64,000 nt of DNA, from IMG/VR virus record IMGVR_UViG_3300021400_000193, positions 7,636 through 71,635 of that record, one strand, 5' to 3'. Below are positions 9,839-19,768 of this stretch, piece after piece. The notes below the pieces were generated by a model. The model made no database searches. It saw nothing but the letters and a program-made list of their open reading frames with translations, and had not been told where the DNA came from. This stretch comes from a virus. Its lineage: Duplodnaviria; Caudoviricetes. Positions within the stretch are counted from its first letter, which is position 1, and each line of letters starts with the position of its first letter. The translations under genes were made by a program, and so were the position numbers.

Positions 9839-10657
9839 TTAATCATCCCAAATATTTTTCATGGTTTCTTCTATTTCTTCCTTGGTGATATAATCTGAAT
9901 ACTTGTCTTTAAATTCAAATCTTCCGAATTTCGTCTCTCTGTCAAGCATGTCACCAAATAATTCTCCAAATTTACTTTCTTTCTGTTCTTCCATAGAATC
10001 GTTTGAAATAAACCATGTTGACTTTCTGACAACTTCAAGACGTTCTTTCAACCAAACAATAAGCAAACGTTCCTTGTATCCGCTCTGCCATAAACAACAT
10101 CTTTGTTCCTCGAATTCATCGATTACCAAAACATCAACATTTTTAATGTAATCTAACTTCTTTTTCAATTCTTCATCTCGTTCAGAATCATGAAGTAATG
10201 AAATCAAATCTTTAGCAAAAATGTAATAAACTGATTTTCCCTTGATTGCCAACTTTGTCAAAACACCTTTTGTAGTGTATGACTTTTGTGTACCTTGCCC
10301 ACCCCATACATAACAGTGTAAATGCTTAAAAGGTTTTTTATCTGAATCAAATTCTTCTACATATTTCTGTAACTTTTTCAGATTTCCGTTTTCATCTTTT
10401 CCACGATAATCAGACCAATCAAAATCAATCAGTTTCTTGAAATCTTCATAAGTAGAGTTTTCATCAAGTAATCCGCTTTTGGAAAGAATATTACTCGCTT
10501 TGAGTTCATATTCATATTTCATTCTACATGAACATTTCACTGCTGAACTCTCACCAACGATGAATCCATTTGAATCGCATTTATCACATTTTACTTCTGA
10601 AAACGGTTTTAAAATTCCCATATTATTCCTACATTTATAAAAAATTCTTTCCTTCAA
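9839..10657 (-). CDS. DnaC/IstB-like AAA+ helicase loader
   Basis: N-terminal CxxC..CxC, degenerate Walker A GGQGTQKS, Walker B VLVIDEF, ISN sensor. Confidence 0.75.
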   Translation of the reverse strand: MKERIFYKCRNNMGILKPFSEVKCDKCDSNGFIVGESSAVKCSCRMKYEYELKASNILSKSGLLDENSTYEDFKKLIDFDWSDYRGKDENGNLKKLQKYVEEFDSDKKPFKHLHCYVWGGQGTQKSYTTKGVLTKLAIKGKSVYYIFAKDLISLLHDSERDEELKKKLDYIKNVDVLVIDEFEEQRCCLWQSGYKERLLIVWLKERLEVVRKSTWFISNDSMEEQKESKFGELFGDMLDRETKFGRFEFKDKYSDYITKEEIEETMKNIWDD

Positions 10658-10710
10658 TATATCATTAAAGGAAAGAATAAAACAATACTAAATTGAAAAA
10701 TTTCCATTCA

Positions 10711-10995
10711 TTAAAAGAAAATTATAATATCATTAATTATATCATATTCTATCCAAAACAAAGGCAACTTACCTTTATCAGCATCTACTCTAATAGAGAG
10801 TTTGTTTTTATCAATTTGAATAACTCCTCCACAATCAGCACGTCTTACTGTAAAAATAATATCTTCCAAATTATCTAGTTGAGTCAAAGAAAGATATAAC
10901 TGATTCCAATATTTAAAATCTTCATTATTGTCTTTAATAAAAAATTCATGGTCTGAATATTTTAATTTACTTTGTGCTATTTCTAAATTATTCAT
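10711..10995 (-). CDS. hypothetical protein
   Basis: 94-aa ORF with RBS. Confidence 0.55.
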   Translation of the reverse strand: MNNLEIAQSKLKYSDHEFFIKDNNEDFKYWNQLYLSLTQLDNLEDIIFTVRRADCGGVIQIDKNKLSIRVDADKGKLPLFWIEYDIINDIIIFF

Positions 10996-11125
10996 AATTC
11001 ACCATCCTATTAATATAATTTATCAAAGTTTAGGTCTACAATATATTCACCTAAAATTTTTACATAATTATCATATCTGCAATACTGATATAAATAGTTA
11101 ATGTTTATATAAGATAGTTAAAAAA

Positions 11126-11192
11126 GATTGAAAGGTTAGACAGAACTAGGATATTCTATCAATAGGTTGACCGCCTATCATTCCTTTCAATC
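11126..11192 (-). ncRNA. structured dual-loop RNA element, copy B (no cognate leader hairpin found)
   Basis: outer stem gattgaaagg/cctttcaatc, two inner hairpins (8-nt and 7-nt loops), U-tract then TAACTAT on the minus strand. Confidence 0.7.
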
Positions 11193-11220
11193 AAAATAAT
11201 AATATCAAATTTAATTTATT

Positions 11221-11886
11221 TTATCTAGCATGATTCTTATTCTTTGGGTCGCAAACATCATAGAAAAATTGCAATTTTTCAAGATATTCTTTACTTGGAT
11301 TTTTTACAGAAATATTACCGTTTTTAGCAAATGTAACAGATATATTATCTAATTCAGAAACAGTTCCTTTGAAATGGAATTTTTCATTATAGTTATTACC
11401 GTCTTTTATTAAATATTCACTAGCAGTATCGAATGCCCAATCCATATTATCATGATATTTTCCAAAAACCATAAAGTATAGTGCTTCCCAAACACGTTTT
11501 TGTGAATAATCATCATATGCTTTCCAATGACCATCACCTTCATAGTATGGAGACATTTCTGTATGAGAAAATGTATATGCCCATTGATTAGCAAGTTTAT
11601 TGGTATCTACACCAAACTCATTCTCTTGAGCATTTTCTGACAAAAACTTTTCGATATCTTTCAGCAGATTATCATAAGTAGTAATTGTGGAGGTTGGAAT
11701 CTTGAATCCAATTTCATCATTATACAAATAACCATTCTCTACTCTAAAGTGAATATCCGTATCTTTGCTCAACTTCTGTGAAAGCATATAAAGATAAGCG
11801 TCAATAATACTATAAGAAACATATCCTTCATCGACTAATTCCCAAAAGAAATCTCTATCAATATTTTCCAATCCAAATCTTGCCAT
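11221..11886 (-). CDS. hypothetical protein
   Basis: 221 aa, AGGAG RBS. Confidence 0.7.
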   Translation of the reverse strand: MARFGLENIDRDFFWELVDEGYVSYSIIDAYLYMLSQKLSKDTDIHFRVENGYLYNDEIGFKIPTSTITTYDNLLKDIEKFLSENAQENEFGVDTNKLANQWAYTFSHTEMSPYYEGDGHWKAYDDYSQKRVWEALYFMVFGKYHDNMDWAFDTASEYLIKDGNNYNEKFHFKGTVSELDNISVTFAKNGNISVKNPSKEYLEKLQFFYDVCDPKNKNHAR

Positions 11887-11899
11887 AATTTATTTTCTC

Positions 11900-12352
11900 C
11901 TATTCAATTTCATATAAATTATATCTCTTTAAGATAGTATTTTCATCTGTATTAGGAAATACTTCTTCAAGATATATTTTAATTGCAAACAGATAAGTAT
12001 TTACGACTTCTTTGAAATGTGTTGTAGCGTTTATTAAGATGTTTCGTTTTACTGTATCTTTACAATTATTACAAATGTAGTTTAATCCGTTCAATGCTTT
12101 CAAAGCCTTTTCTTTGGTTATAGAAACATCATGTAAAGACCTATCCAATATTCCGTTATTTGATAAAAATTCTCTATTATCCAAAATTTTTTCAAGAGTG
12201 TTGCTATATGAATTTAATAAAGATACAAAAGTTTTAACATCGACTTTCATATCTTCATTGAGAAATGATTCCGTCAATAAATTCGAACAAATTTTATTTG
12301 CTTCACCAATTATACGAAGTAAATCAATTGTTAAAGAATTTAAAGTAATCAT
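11900..12352 (-). CDS. hypothetical protein
   Basis: 150 aa, GGAGG RBS, sigma70-type promoter upstream. Confidence 0.7.
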   Translation of the reverse strand: MITLNSLTIDLLRIIGEANKICSNLLTESFLNEDMKVDVKTFVSLLNSYSNTLEKILDNREFLSNNGILDRSLHDVSITKEKALKALNGLNYICNNCKDTVKRNILINATTHFKEVVNTYLFAIKIYLEEVFPNTDENTILKRYNLYEIE

Positions 12353-12372
12353 GATTCGTTCCTCCTACACAT

Positions 12373-12402
12373 AATATATCACAACTAAATGTAATCTGTC
12401 AA
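12373..12402 (-). promoter_or_regulatory. sigma70-like early promoter
   Basis: TTGACA-N18-TATATT; similar TAATTTT(A/T)CTTGACA heads near 34216, 38143, 49050, 51475 and 62816. Confidence 0.7.
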
Positions 12403-12518
12403 GTAAAATTATTAAAAAATTAAGCAACTTGATTGATTCTTGCAAGAAATTAAATTGAATTTCAAAACAAACAGAGGTTGCTTGTAAATATAGTTATTTA
12501 ATTTTAACTATTTGATAT

Positions 12519-13310
12519 ATGGATATAAATACAACGTCTACTACAAATCCAAATCCTCATTTTATGACAAAACCTCAACCATTTTATTATGGCGAACAAA
12601 TGAAAAAATGGGCAAATACACCCATGTCATACGCTATGGATATTGCTATAGAAAATCATTTTTCGGAGGTTCTTGAATTTCCACTTGATAGAATAATATA
12701 CGCTTCAAATGAATACTGTTTTAGAGAAAGAACTAGAACTAACGCTGGTGAATTAAATTTACCATTCTTGAATTATTATAGAATTGGATTTGAAGATGCC
12801 GAAAGACCTTGGAAAAATGATTATTCTAATCGTTTTGGATTAATTGACCGTGAAAATAAATTCACATCAACATTAGGTGGAAGAATGAGAATTTATCCTA
12901 TAACCATAAGTTATGAAGGAACTGCTTTCTTTGCACAAAATAAAGATTGCGAATATGCAATGAACAAACTTTTATTTGATAATTCAAATGAAACCATTGT
13001 TAAACCTCAAGTCGAAACCAATGATGGAGATATTATAACAAACGCTGGTCTCATGAATTTTGACATAGAATACAATCCGACCTATCAAGAATCAGATTGG
13101 CTTGAACAAAACAGAATTTGGACTATCGGAATAGATTTTACAATTACAACATATATGATTGGAAATTTTGATACAAATCCTGATAATTTACATGTGGCTA
13201 AAAGTGTACTTCTTGAATTTTTTACCGCTAAAAAACTTAATTATGAAAATTATAAAGATAGTGAACAGATGGAAATGTTTTTAACTGAATATTTTGGAGA
13301 AACAAATTAA
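12519..13310 (+). CDS. putative tail completion/sheath terminator protein (T4 gp15-like)
   Basis: directly upstream of the sheath gene, TAACTAT at 12505, YPITISYE...IDFTITTY pattern. Confidence 0.5.
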   Translation: MDINTTSTTNPNPHFMTKPQPFYYGEQMKKWANTPMSYAMDIAIENHFSEVLEFPLDRIIYASNEYCFRERTRTNAGELNLPFLNYYRIGFEDAERPWKNDYSNRFGLIDRENKFTSTLGGRMRIYPITISYEGTAFFAQNKDCEYAMNKLLFDNSNETIVKPQVETNDGDIITNAGLMNFDIEYNPTYQESDWLEQNRIWTIGIDFTITTYMIGNFDTNPDNLHVAKSVLLEFFTAKKLNYENYKDSEQMEMFLTEYFGETN

Positions 13311-13374
13311 ATTTTTATAACTATCTAAAACATAAAATTGTAAATAAAATTTTTAATTATAGGAGAATAAAATT

Positions 13375-15228
13375 ATGGCTCAATCTTGGAGATTACAAAC
13401 AGTTGAACAAGATAATACAGAAAAAGCAAATGTGAGTACACCTACTGTTGGTGCTATAGCAATCGTTTCACCTAAAGGACCAAAAACTTTTACTAAATTT
13501 AACAAAGGTGATACACAAGGTATTTTGAATACATTTGGTTATCCTTCAAAAGATTATCCAACAATTCAAGATGCTCTTGATGTTGTACAGAAATGTACAA
13601 TGTATGTCGCTAGTCCATACAAAGGTGGTACTTACGGTGGAGTATTTGTAACAAAGTCTATGGGTACAATTCCTTTTAATCAAGGAGTATCGAATAAAGA
13701 AATTTCGGACTATAATTCCGTTGCTTTTATAGATAATGTAGGAATTGGAAATGGAACAACATTATCATATTCTTATACAATCAAATACATTGAAAAATAT
13801 AAACCTGAAACACTGACACTTAGTATAGGTGGTGTGGCACATGATATATCGATTAGTGTCAACGATAATATAGAAACTTTGTCTGACGATGGCAATCTTT
13901 TAGACGAAGGCTGTACTTTAAACACCGAGACAGGTGTATTAAACTTGACATTCTTACAAGCACCTTCTACAGGAACTACGATTTCTATTGGTTATGACAT
14001 GGATATGTCTGACACTTATTTCGTTCTTTTCGATAAAAACATGCAAGAAGATGATTTGCAAGTTCAAGTAACTTTATCTGAAGATGTCGAAAATGCTTTT
14101 GAAATTGTAGTTGCTCGTTATGACCCTATCAATCTTGAATACACAGAAGTAACCAATAGTCCTTTTATTGTGGGTCTTTCCGAAACATCAAAAGATAGTT
14201 ACGGCGACAATATTTACATCAATAATATTTTTGGAGACAATCAGACTTTATTTGATGCTCATGTTGTAACTTCAATTGTAGATGGATTCATGAATGATGA
14301 TTCTATGGTTAATCTTAGTGGTGGTTCTCGTGGTGAGGAAGTTGATGGTGCTGATGTCGCAAATCTTTATGAACAGTTGATTGACACAAACAAGTTCCAA
14401 TTGAAATTCTGTGTTGACGGAACAAATTATAGTGAAGTTATTGCTAAATTTGAAAATCTTAGAAACAGTTATCAGAAACGTTGCAGATTCATTTATTGTA
14501 CCGCCGATGTTGATGGTAATACAATTGTTGAAAATCCAAATGATTATAATTTCGGCATTACTGCAAACAGAGGTATGTATCAGTATTGTTTAAATTGGGG
14601 TATCCACAAAGATATTTATCAAGGTAACGATTTCAAATGTTCTAACATGGGTTTAATTGCTAGTAGAATCGTAGATTACTTGGATAATGAAGCAAATACA
14701 ACCTCTGCTCCTGCTTATATTGATGAGAACGGCGTAGGTGGTATTCTTGGTTCAAGTATCGTAAAACTCACGCAAGACACAACCTCTGAAGATGTTCTCG
14801 AAACACTTGATAATATTAACTTCAATGCGGTAATCAACGATTACAACTATGGTGCTATGATTGGTGGATGGAGAACTCGTCAAGTAAAGAAAACAGATTT
14901 GTCAAATATTCCAATTTCTTCTTTGGTTGATACTCTCATCGAACAGATTGAAAAGAATGTACTCCCTAGTCGAATTGGTAAAATGATTGATGAAGCATCT
15001 TATTCTGTTGTAAGAAGTGGTTGTAATTCAATTCTCGGAACATATTCTAATCGTCTTGAAGATTATTATGTATGGTGTGATTCCGATAACAATACTGCCG
15101 AAACAAGAAATCAAGAAAGATTAGTAGTTGCGGTAGGTATTGTTCCTAAAAAGTTTGCAAGAACTATTTTACTCAATTTTAATGTTTACAAATCGGGCGT
15201 CAACGTTAAAGTTGAGATGACAAAATAA
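13375..15228 (+). CDS. contractile tail sheath protein
   Basis: FG.P N-terminal motif, LSGGSRG, C-terminal VWCDSDNNT....ERLVVAVGIVP typical of sheath proteins. Confidence 0.9.
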   Translation: MAQSWRLQTVEQDNTEKANVSTPTVGAIAIVSPKGPKTFTKFNKGDTQGILNTFGYPSKDYPTIQDALDVVQKCTMYVASPYKGGTYGGVFVTKSMGTIPFNQGVSNKEISDYNSVAFIDNVGIGNGTTLSYSYTIKYIEKYKPETLTLSIGGVAHDISISVNDNIETLSDDGNLLDEGCTLNTETGVLNLTFLQAPSTGTTISIGYDMDMSDTYFVLFDKNMQEDDLQVQVTLSEDVENAFEIVVARYDPINLEYTEVTNSPFIVGLSETSKDSYGDNIYINNIFGDNQTLFDAHVVTSIVDGFMNDDSMVNLSGGSRGEEVDGADVANLYEQLIDTNKFQLKFCVDGTNYSEVIAKFENLRNSYQKRCRFIYCTADVDGNTIVENPNDYNFGITANRGMYQYCLNWGIHKDIYQGNDFKCSNMGLIASRIVDYLDNEANTTSAPAYIDENGVGGILGSSIVKLTQDTTSEDVLETLDNINFNAVINDYNYGAMIGGWRTRQVKKTDLSNIPISSLVDTLIEQIEKNVLPSRIGKMIDEASYSVVRSGCNSILGTYSNRLEDYYVWCDSDNNTAETRNQERLVVAVGIVPKKFARTILLNFNVYKSGVNVKVEMTK

Positions 15229-15244
15229 AATAATAAAGTAAAAT

Positions 15245-15276
15245 AAAAGCACCAAGTTTATTCTTGGTGCTTTTTT
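15245..15276. terminator. bidirectional intrinsic terminator
   Basis: aaaagcaccaag...cttggtgctttttt between convergent genes. Confidence 0.8.
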
Positions 15277-15277
15277 A

Positions 15278-17497
15278 TTATTCATAAATTACTTTCGTAG
15301 TTCCACAATCATAAATTCTATATATCTTATTTTCTTTCATTATTTCATGTTCCGTTTTATTTGAATCATAAAATTTCAACTCACCTCTTTCAAACATTTT
15401 TTTAATTTTATTCTTTCGAAAATGAGATTTATGAACTCGTCTACCATTTACAACATATGAATAAGAAGGACTATTTTCTTTAACAATCTTAAATCCACTC
15501 TCAATATATCCTTTTCCATTAAACCACGCTTTGTATACATAACTTGTGATTGATTTATATTCAATAAAATTAGAAATATGTTTCATTAACTTGCTGAATC
15601 CACCAACAACTTGAGTGTTTAATTTTGTAACCATTCTCGTAAGTTCTACATTCCCATCGTGCCAACCTTTCTTATTTATACAAACGCATTGTACAAGTTC
15701 ATCATTAAAAGTAAGACCCAAATATAAATCACCATAAGCAAAACCTTGTAAATGATTTTCATCGAAGAATATCTTTGCTTGGTCTTTTTCAATTTCCTTT
15801 ATTTGACATTTACGAGCAAAAATCTTTTCTTTGTAAACACCAAGTCTGCTTGCAATCATAGATTTCACAATTTCTTTATGTTCCAACCAATCATCTTCAA
15901 AGACATGAATTAAATCTATCCCTTTTTCATTACACATATTCGTTTTTACAAGATGATAATTTTTATCAACATGATTTTCATCATGCCAATGCAAACCGTT
16001 ATATTCTATTGCGAGTTTCATTTTAGGAATATAAATATCTAATTCCTTTGGTGAAATTATTCTCTTTGTATTTTCCATAACTTCATCGGAACATATTGAT
16101 TTTACAAAGTCAACTAATTCTTTTTCAGAATAAGACTTTCCACACGCATCAGTTTTTGAAAAGAAATCAGATAAGATTGGTAAATCCGATTCATTTATAT
16201 AATAATGTTCATCTCGATTAAAACGCACAACGGATATATTTAATCTTTCAACCGCATTCAATATGGTTTTGTCATGTCTATTAAATTTCATTGATAATTC
16301 GTCAACTGTTAATAAATTCTGAGATTTTGCAAAATTTATTTTATTTTCTTTTGTAATTTTCACTTTGTTCAAAACTTCGTTACTATATAACGGATGTTCA
16401 ACACCATAATTATTCAATAAAGTTTTTCTTGCTTTATCTTTAACTTCTTTTGTTAATATGGGATATTCCACTCCCCATTTTTTCAAATTAGTATTTTTTG
16501 TTTTTTCTTTTACTTGTTTACTTTGAGTAGCGTGTTCTTTTCCATATCTTTCAAGATTTGTCTCTTTAATTTTATTTTTCACATTTTCATTTTGAGAAAT
16601 AAATTCTACACCATAAACTTTGAGATTTGTATATTTTCGTTTTTCTTCAATTTCTTTTAACTCTGCTTCGGATTTAGAATTCCAAGTTTCAGCACATTTT
16701 TCACCATTAGTATAAGTTTCATCTCCATATAATTTTAATTTTGTAGATTTAATTTTATTTACAAATTCTTGAATTTCTTCTTCTGATTTATTATACCAAG
16801 ATTGTTTCATTTTATTAGCGATTTCTTCATTCTGTGTTGGAACTTCTACACCATATTTCAATAAACTAGTTTCTTTACGTTTATTTACAATTTCTTCGAT
16901 TTCTTTATCTGTTTTTGATAACCAAGTTTGAGATGATTTTTCCGAATTATTATAAAGTTCATCTCCATATCGTTCAAATTTTGTTTTCTTTGCTTTTTCA
17001 GCACTAGATTTGTGTGCTTTTTCTACAGAACCAAAATGTTTAATTTGAGTTAATTTATTCTTTTCAGAATTATTATAATTTTCATCACCATATCTTTCCA
17101 ATTTAGTCGCTTTACTTTGTTCAAGTCTTGATTCTTTATTATTTTCCCAAGATTTTAAGTTTGATTCTGAAATCTTTTCTTTATTAACATAATTTGGGTC
17201 TCCATATCTTTCCATTTTTGTTTTGCGAGATTTTTCATTCTTTTGTTTATAAAAATTTTCAAGACTTCCGTATTTTTCAATACGACTCATATCTCTAAAA
17301 ATAATTTCTTTATTTGGAGTATTTTTTACAAAATCTTTAATTTGATTTACTTGTTCATCAGAATAAACATCTACTTCTTTATGTGCCTTTTCATGATACA
17401 TTTTTTTAGATTCTAATTTAAGATATTTTATTGTATTTTTAACTGTAGAATCTGATAAATTTAATAAACTACAAATTTCCTTTTTAGTATAATTCAT
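15278..17497 (-). CDS. Hef-like free-standing homing endonuclease with (K/E)TxLERYG repeats
   Basis: many T.LE(R/K)YG repeats; ELDIYIP..LAIEYNGLHWH nuclease; IFARKC...NHLQG...IYDCG tail; start MNYTKK preferred by RBS. Confidence 0.85.
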   Translation of the reverse strand: MNYTKKEICSLLNLSDSTVKNTIKYLKLESKKMYHEKAHKEVDVYSDEQVNQIKDFVKNTPNKEIIFRDMSRIEKYGSLENFYKQKNEKSRKTKMERYGDPNYVNKEKISESNLKSWENNKESRLEQSKATKLERYGDENYNNSEKNKLTQIKHFGSVEKAHKSSAEKAKKTKFERYGDELYNNSEKSSQTWLSKTDKEIEEIVNKRKETSLLKYGVEVPTQNEEIANKMKQSWYNKSEEEIQEFVNKIKSTKLKLYGDETYTNGEKCAETWNSKSEAELKEIEEKRKYTNLKVYGVEFISQNENVKNKIKETNLERYGKEHATQSKQVKEKTKNTNLKKWGVEYPILTKEVKDKARKTLLNNYGVEHPLYSNEVLNKVKITKENKINFAKSQNLLTVDELSMKFNRHDKTILNAVERLNISVVRFNRDEHYYINESDLPILSDFFSKTDACGKSYSEKELVDFVKSICSDEVMENTKRIISPKELDIYIPKMKLAIEYNGLHWHDENHVDKNYHLVKTNMCNEKGIDLIHVFEDDWLEHKEIVKSMIASRLGVYKEKIFARKCQIKEIEKDQAKIFFDENHLQGFAYGDLYLGLTFNDELVQCVCINKKGWHDGNVELTRMVTKLNTQVVGGFSKLMKHISNFIEYKSITSYVYKAWFNGKGYIESGFKIVKENSPSYSYVVNGRRVHKSHFRKNKIKKMFERGELKFYDSNKTEHEIMKENKIYRIYDCGTTKVIYE

Positions 17498-17552
17498 AAT
17501 ATCCTCATCCTTAATTTCATTTCTGACCATTGGTAGTGGTCACATTAAATAG

Positions 17553-17619
17553 TAAGAGTTAGATAGAAACGGATGAAGTAGTTTCTATCAAATGTGCTAC
17601 CAACACATCTGTCCTCTTA
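17553..17619 (-). ncRNA. structured dual-loop antisense-like RNA element, copy C
   Basis: loops complementary to the RBS (17503-17510) and leader hairpin loop (17530-17536); TTGATT-N17-TACTCT promoter at 17653-17625. Confidence 0.75.
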
Positions 17620-17690
17620 AATCAAGAGTATCAAATTTTGAGAATTTAATCAAGTGAAATCATAAATTTAAAGAGAAATAATTAAAAAAT

Positions 17691-18899
17691 TTATTCTTCG
17701 TTCGCCTTTACATTCCAAATCGGCTTTATAATTTTCAAAACTTCACAAGTATCTCCAATAGTTTCAAGAATCTGTTCCATAGGTTTGTAAGCCATGGGTG
17801 ATTCATCTATAGTTCCTACACAAACAGAAGTTGTGTAAACATCTTTCATTGACTTCTTGAAATCTTCCATTTTAAGAGATTCTTTAGCCATAGAACGTGA
17901 CATAAGACGACCTGCACCATGAGGAGCAGAACAATTTCTATCTTCGTTTCCTTTACCTTTTACAATTAAAGAACCGTCAGCCATGTTCATAGGAATAATT
18001 GCAATTTCATCTTTGTATGCTGAGATAGAACCTTTACGAATAATCTTATTTTTAATATCTACATAATTATGAACTGTACAGAATTCATCAAGAATATGTT
18101 TCTTCTTAATATTCAATGCTTTACAAATTTCATCTTGCATAGCCTTTCTTGACCAATAAGCAAAATTTTGTGCAATTTCCATATCATGTAAATATCCTTT
18201 CAAATCTTCACCTTCAAGATATGCAAGTTCATTTGGAACTTTTTCAAATTCTAGTTTATCAAGTTCAGACTGAATTTCTTTTTCACGACCTTCTCTCTTA
18301 AGTCGTTCAATGATTTCAGTTTTTTCCTTGATGTGATTTTTATGATATTCGATTGCTTTATTCTGCCAATATTTACAAACTTCAATTCCTAAATGTCGAG
18401 AACCGCTATGAATTACAAGATAATAATTCCCTTCTTTATCGATATCTAATTCGCCAAAATGATTTCCTCCACCTAATGAGCCAAGAGCAAGTAATTCTTT
18501 TTCTTTGTTAATTGGTGTAATAATATTATCGAGATTTATATTTTCGCAGAATTTATGTTTTGTACTTCTGTGTGCCATTCCCATAGGAATGTTCGCTCGC
18601 CATACTTTATCCAAGTTTTTTAAATCAAAATGAAAATCTTTAGATATTTTAAGAACTTGCATTCCACAACCAATATCTACTCCAACCAAATTTGGAACAA
18701 TTTTATTAACAATTGTTTGAGTAAAACCAATTACACATCCACTTCCTGCATGACAATCTTCCATAATTCTGATTTGTGAACCTTCTGAAAATTTCTGATT
18801 CAACAAATTCAAAATCTGTTTATAACACGCTTCTTCCAACTTGTCATAATCATCTACGAAAACTTTAGCATTGTTATATTTTCCTTTAATTTCAATCAT
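17691..18899 (-). CDS. rtcB: RtcB RNA 3'-phosphate ligase
   Basis: DCHAG, VGVDIGCG, GSLGGGNHF, HSGSR, HNY, HGAGR, DESPMAYK. Confidence 0.95.
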   Translation of the reverse strand: MIEIKGKYNNAKVFVDDYDKLEEACYKQILNLLNQKFSEGSQIRIMEDCHAGSGCVIGFTQTIVNKIVPNLVGVDIGCGMQVLKISKDFHFDLKNLDKVWRANIPMGMAHRSTKHKFCENINLDNIITPINKEKELLALGSLGGGNHFGELDIDKEGNYYLVIHSGSRHLGIEVCKYWQNKAIEYHKNHIKEKTEIIERLKREGREKEIQSELDKLEFEKVPNELAYLEGEDLKGYLHDMEIAQNFAYWSRKAMQDEICKALNIKKKHILDEFCTVHNYVDIKNKIIRKGSISAYKDEIAIIPMNMADGSLIVKGKGNEDRNCSAPHGAGRLMSRSMAKESLKMEDFKKSMKDVYTTSVCVGTIDESPMAYKPMEQILETIGDTCEVLKIIKPIWNVKANEE

Positions 18900-18908
18900 A
18901 TTATTCTC

Positions 18909-19095
18909 CTATTTATATTCCATTTTCACAGTACCGCAATCGTAAACGCAGTTCTGTCGGCATATTTCCAATTCAATCATATTATGAGAATATATTTTAA
19001 TCTTTCCTTTATCAAGTATTTTTTTAATTTGTCTTTTCTAAATCCGTTTTTATGAAATCTCTTTTTATTCAATATATAAATAAGGTGGTACAATT
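18909..19095 (-). pseudogene. remnant C-terminus of a Hef-like homing endonuclease
   Basis: PPYLYILNKKRFHKNGFRKD / frameshift / IKKILDKGKIKIYSHN...CVYDCGTVKMEYK* parallels the C-terminus of 15278..17497. Confidence 0.75.
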
Positions 19096-19123
19096 AAAGT
19101 GAAATACAAACCAAATTAAAATA

Positions 19124-19155
19124 AAAAGACCTATAAAAATCATCTAGGTCTTTTT
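19124..19155. terminator. hairpin terminator, near-identical to 38586-38614
   Basis: aaaagaccta...catctaggtcttt at both sites. Confidence 0.7.
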
Positions 19156-19204
19156 ATTTTAACTATCTTATAAAACAATTAATTTTTATTAAAAGAGGTA
19201 CATT

Positions 19205-19513
19205 ATGAGATTTAAAATAACAAGTGTGGGTTTTGGCGGAGATTTAGAACCTTTTATGCGAGGTTTAAAAAATTATGAAATTTTTGGCGAAAATGCTCTT
19301 CTTGATACATTAGAAATTGCTGATAAATTTTTATCATTTTCTAAAATAGGTTTTATTGATGGCTATGAAGATGATATCGAAATTATAGTATCAAATAAAA
19401 ACGGAGATTATATAGAATTTAAAATAGACGATGGAACGGATGAAGATTATCAATATATTTTAGATTTAATCAAAGATGCTTCTAATTTAAATGTAAAAGT
19501 TAAAAAATATTAA
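19205..19513 (+). CDS. hypothetical protein
   Basis: 102 aa, GAGG RBS, TAACTAT upstream. Confidence 0.7.
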   Translation: MRFKITSVGFGGDLEPFMRGLKNYEIFGENALLDTLEIADKFLSFSKIGFIDGYEDDIEIIVSNKNGDYIEFKIDDGTDEDYQYILDLIKDASNLNVKVKKY

Positions 19514-19768
19514 CTATTTATTATGTTGGATGTTAATAAAAAATATTAACTATTTATTATAAAGAAAAGTTTAATTGGCAATAAACCGTCAAGATTTTTA
19601 TATGAGGTGCGGTTGATACGAAGTCGAAATTATATGCTTTGATTTTTAAAAATGTATCAGTGAGATTTTTTAGAATTTGTTAGAAATCTTTTGTTCATGC
19701 CGATAACTATATATCTTATAGGTATTTTAGTAATTCTTTCGTGTAAAGCAAACTAAAAACCTCAATCG

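Noticed and set aside
11221-11886. DUF4942-like assignment from AKNGNISVK
   Set aside because: One short motif only; not enough to call
17498-17530. Longer starts given by the ORF track (17530; also 26416, 54901, 7708, 9167)
   Set aside because: The extensions run through leader hairpins, terminators or promoters; downstream ATGs have proper RBSs
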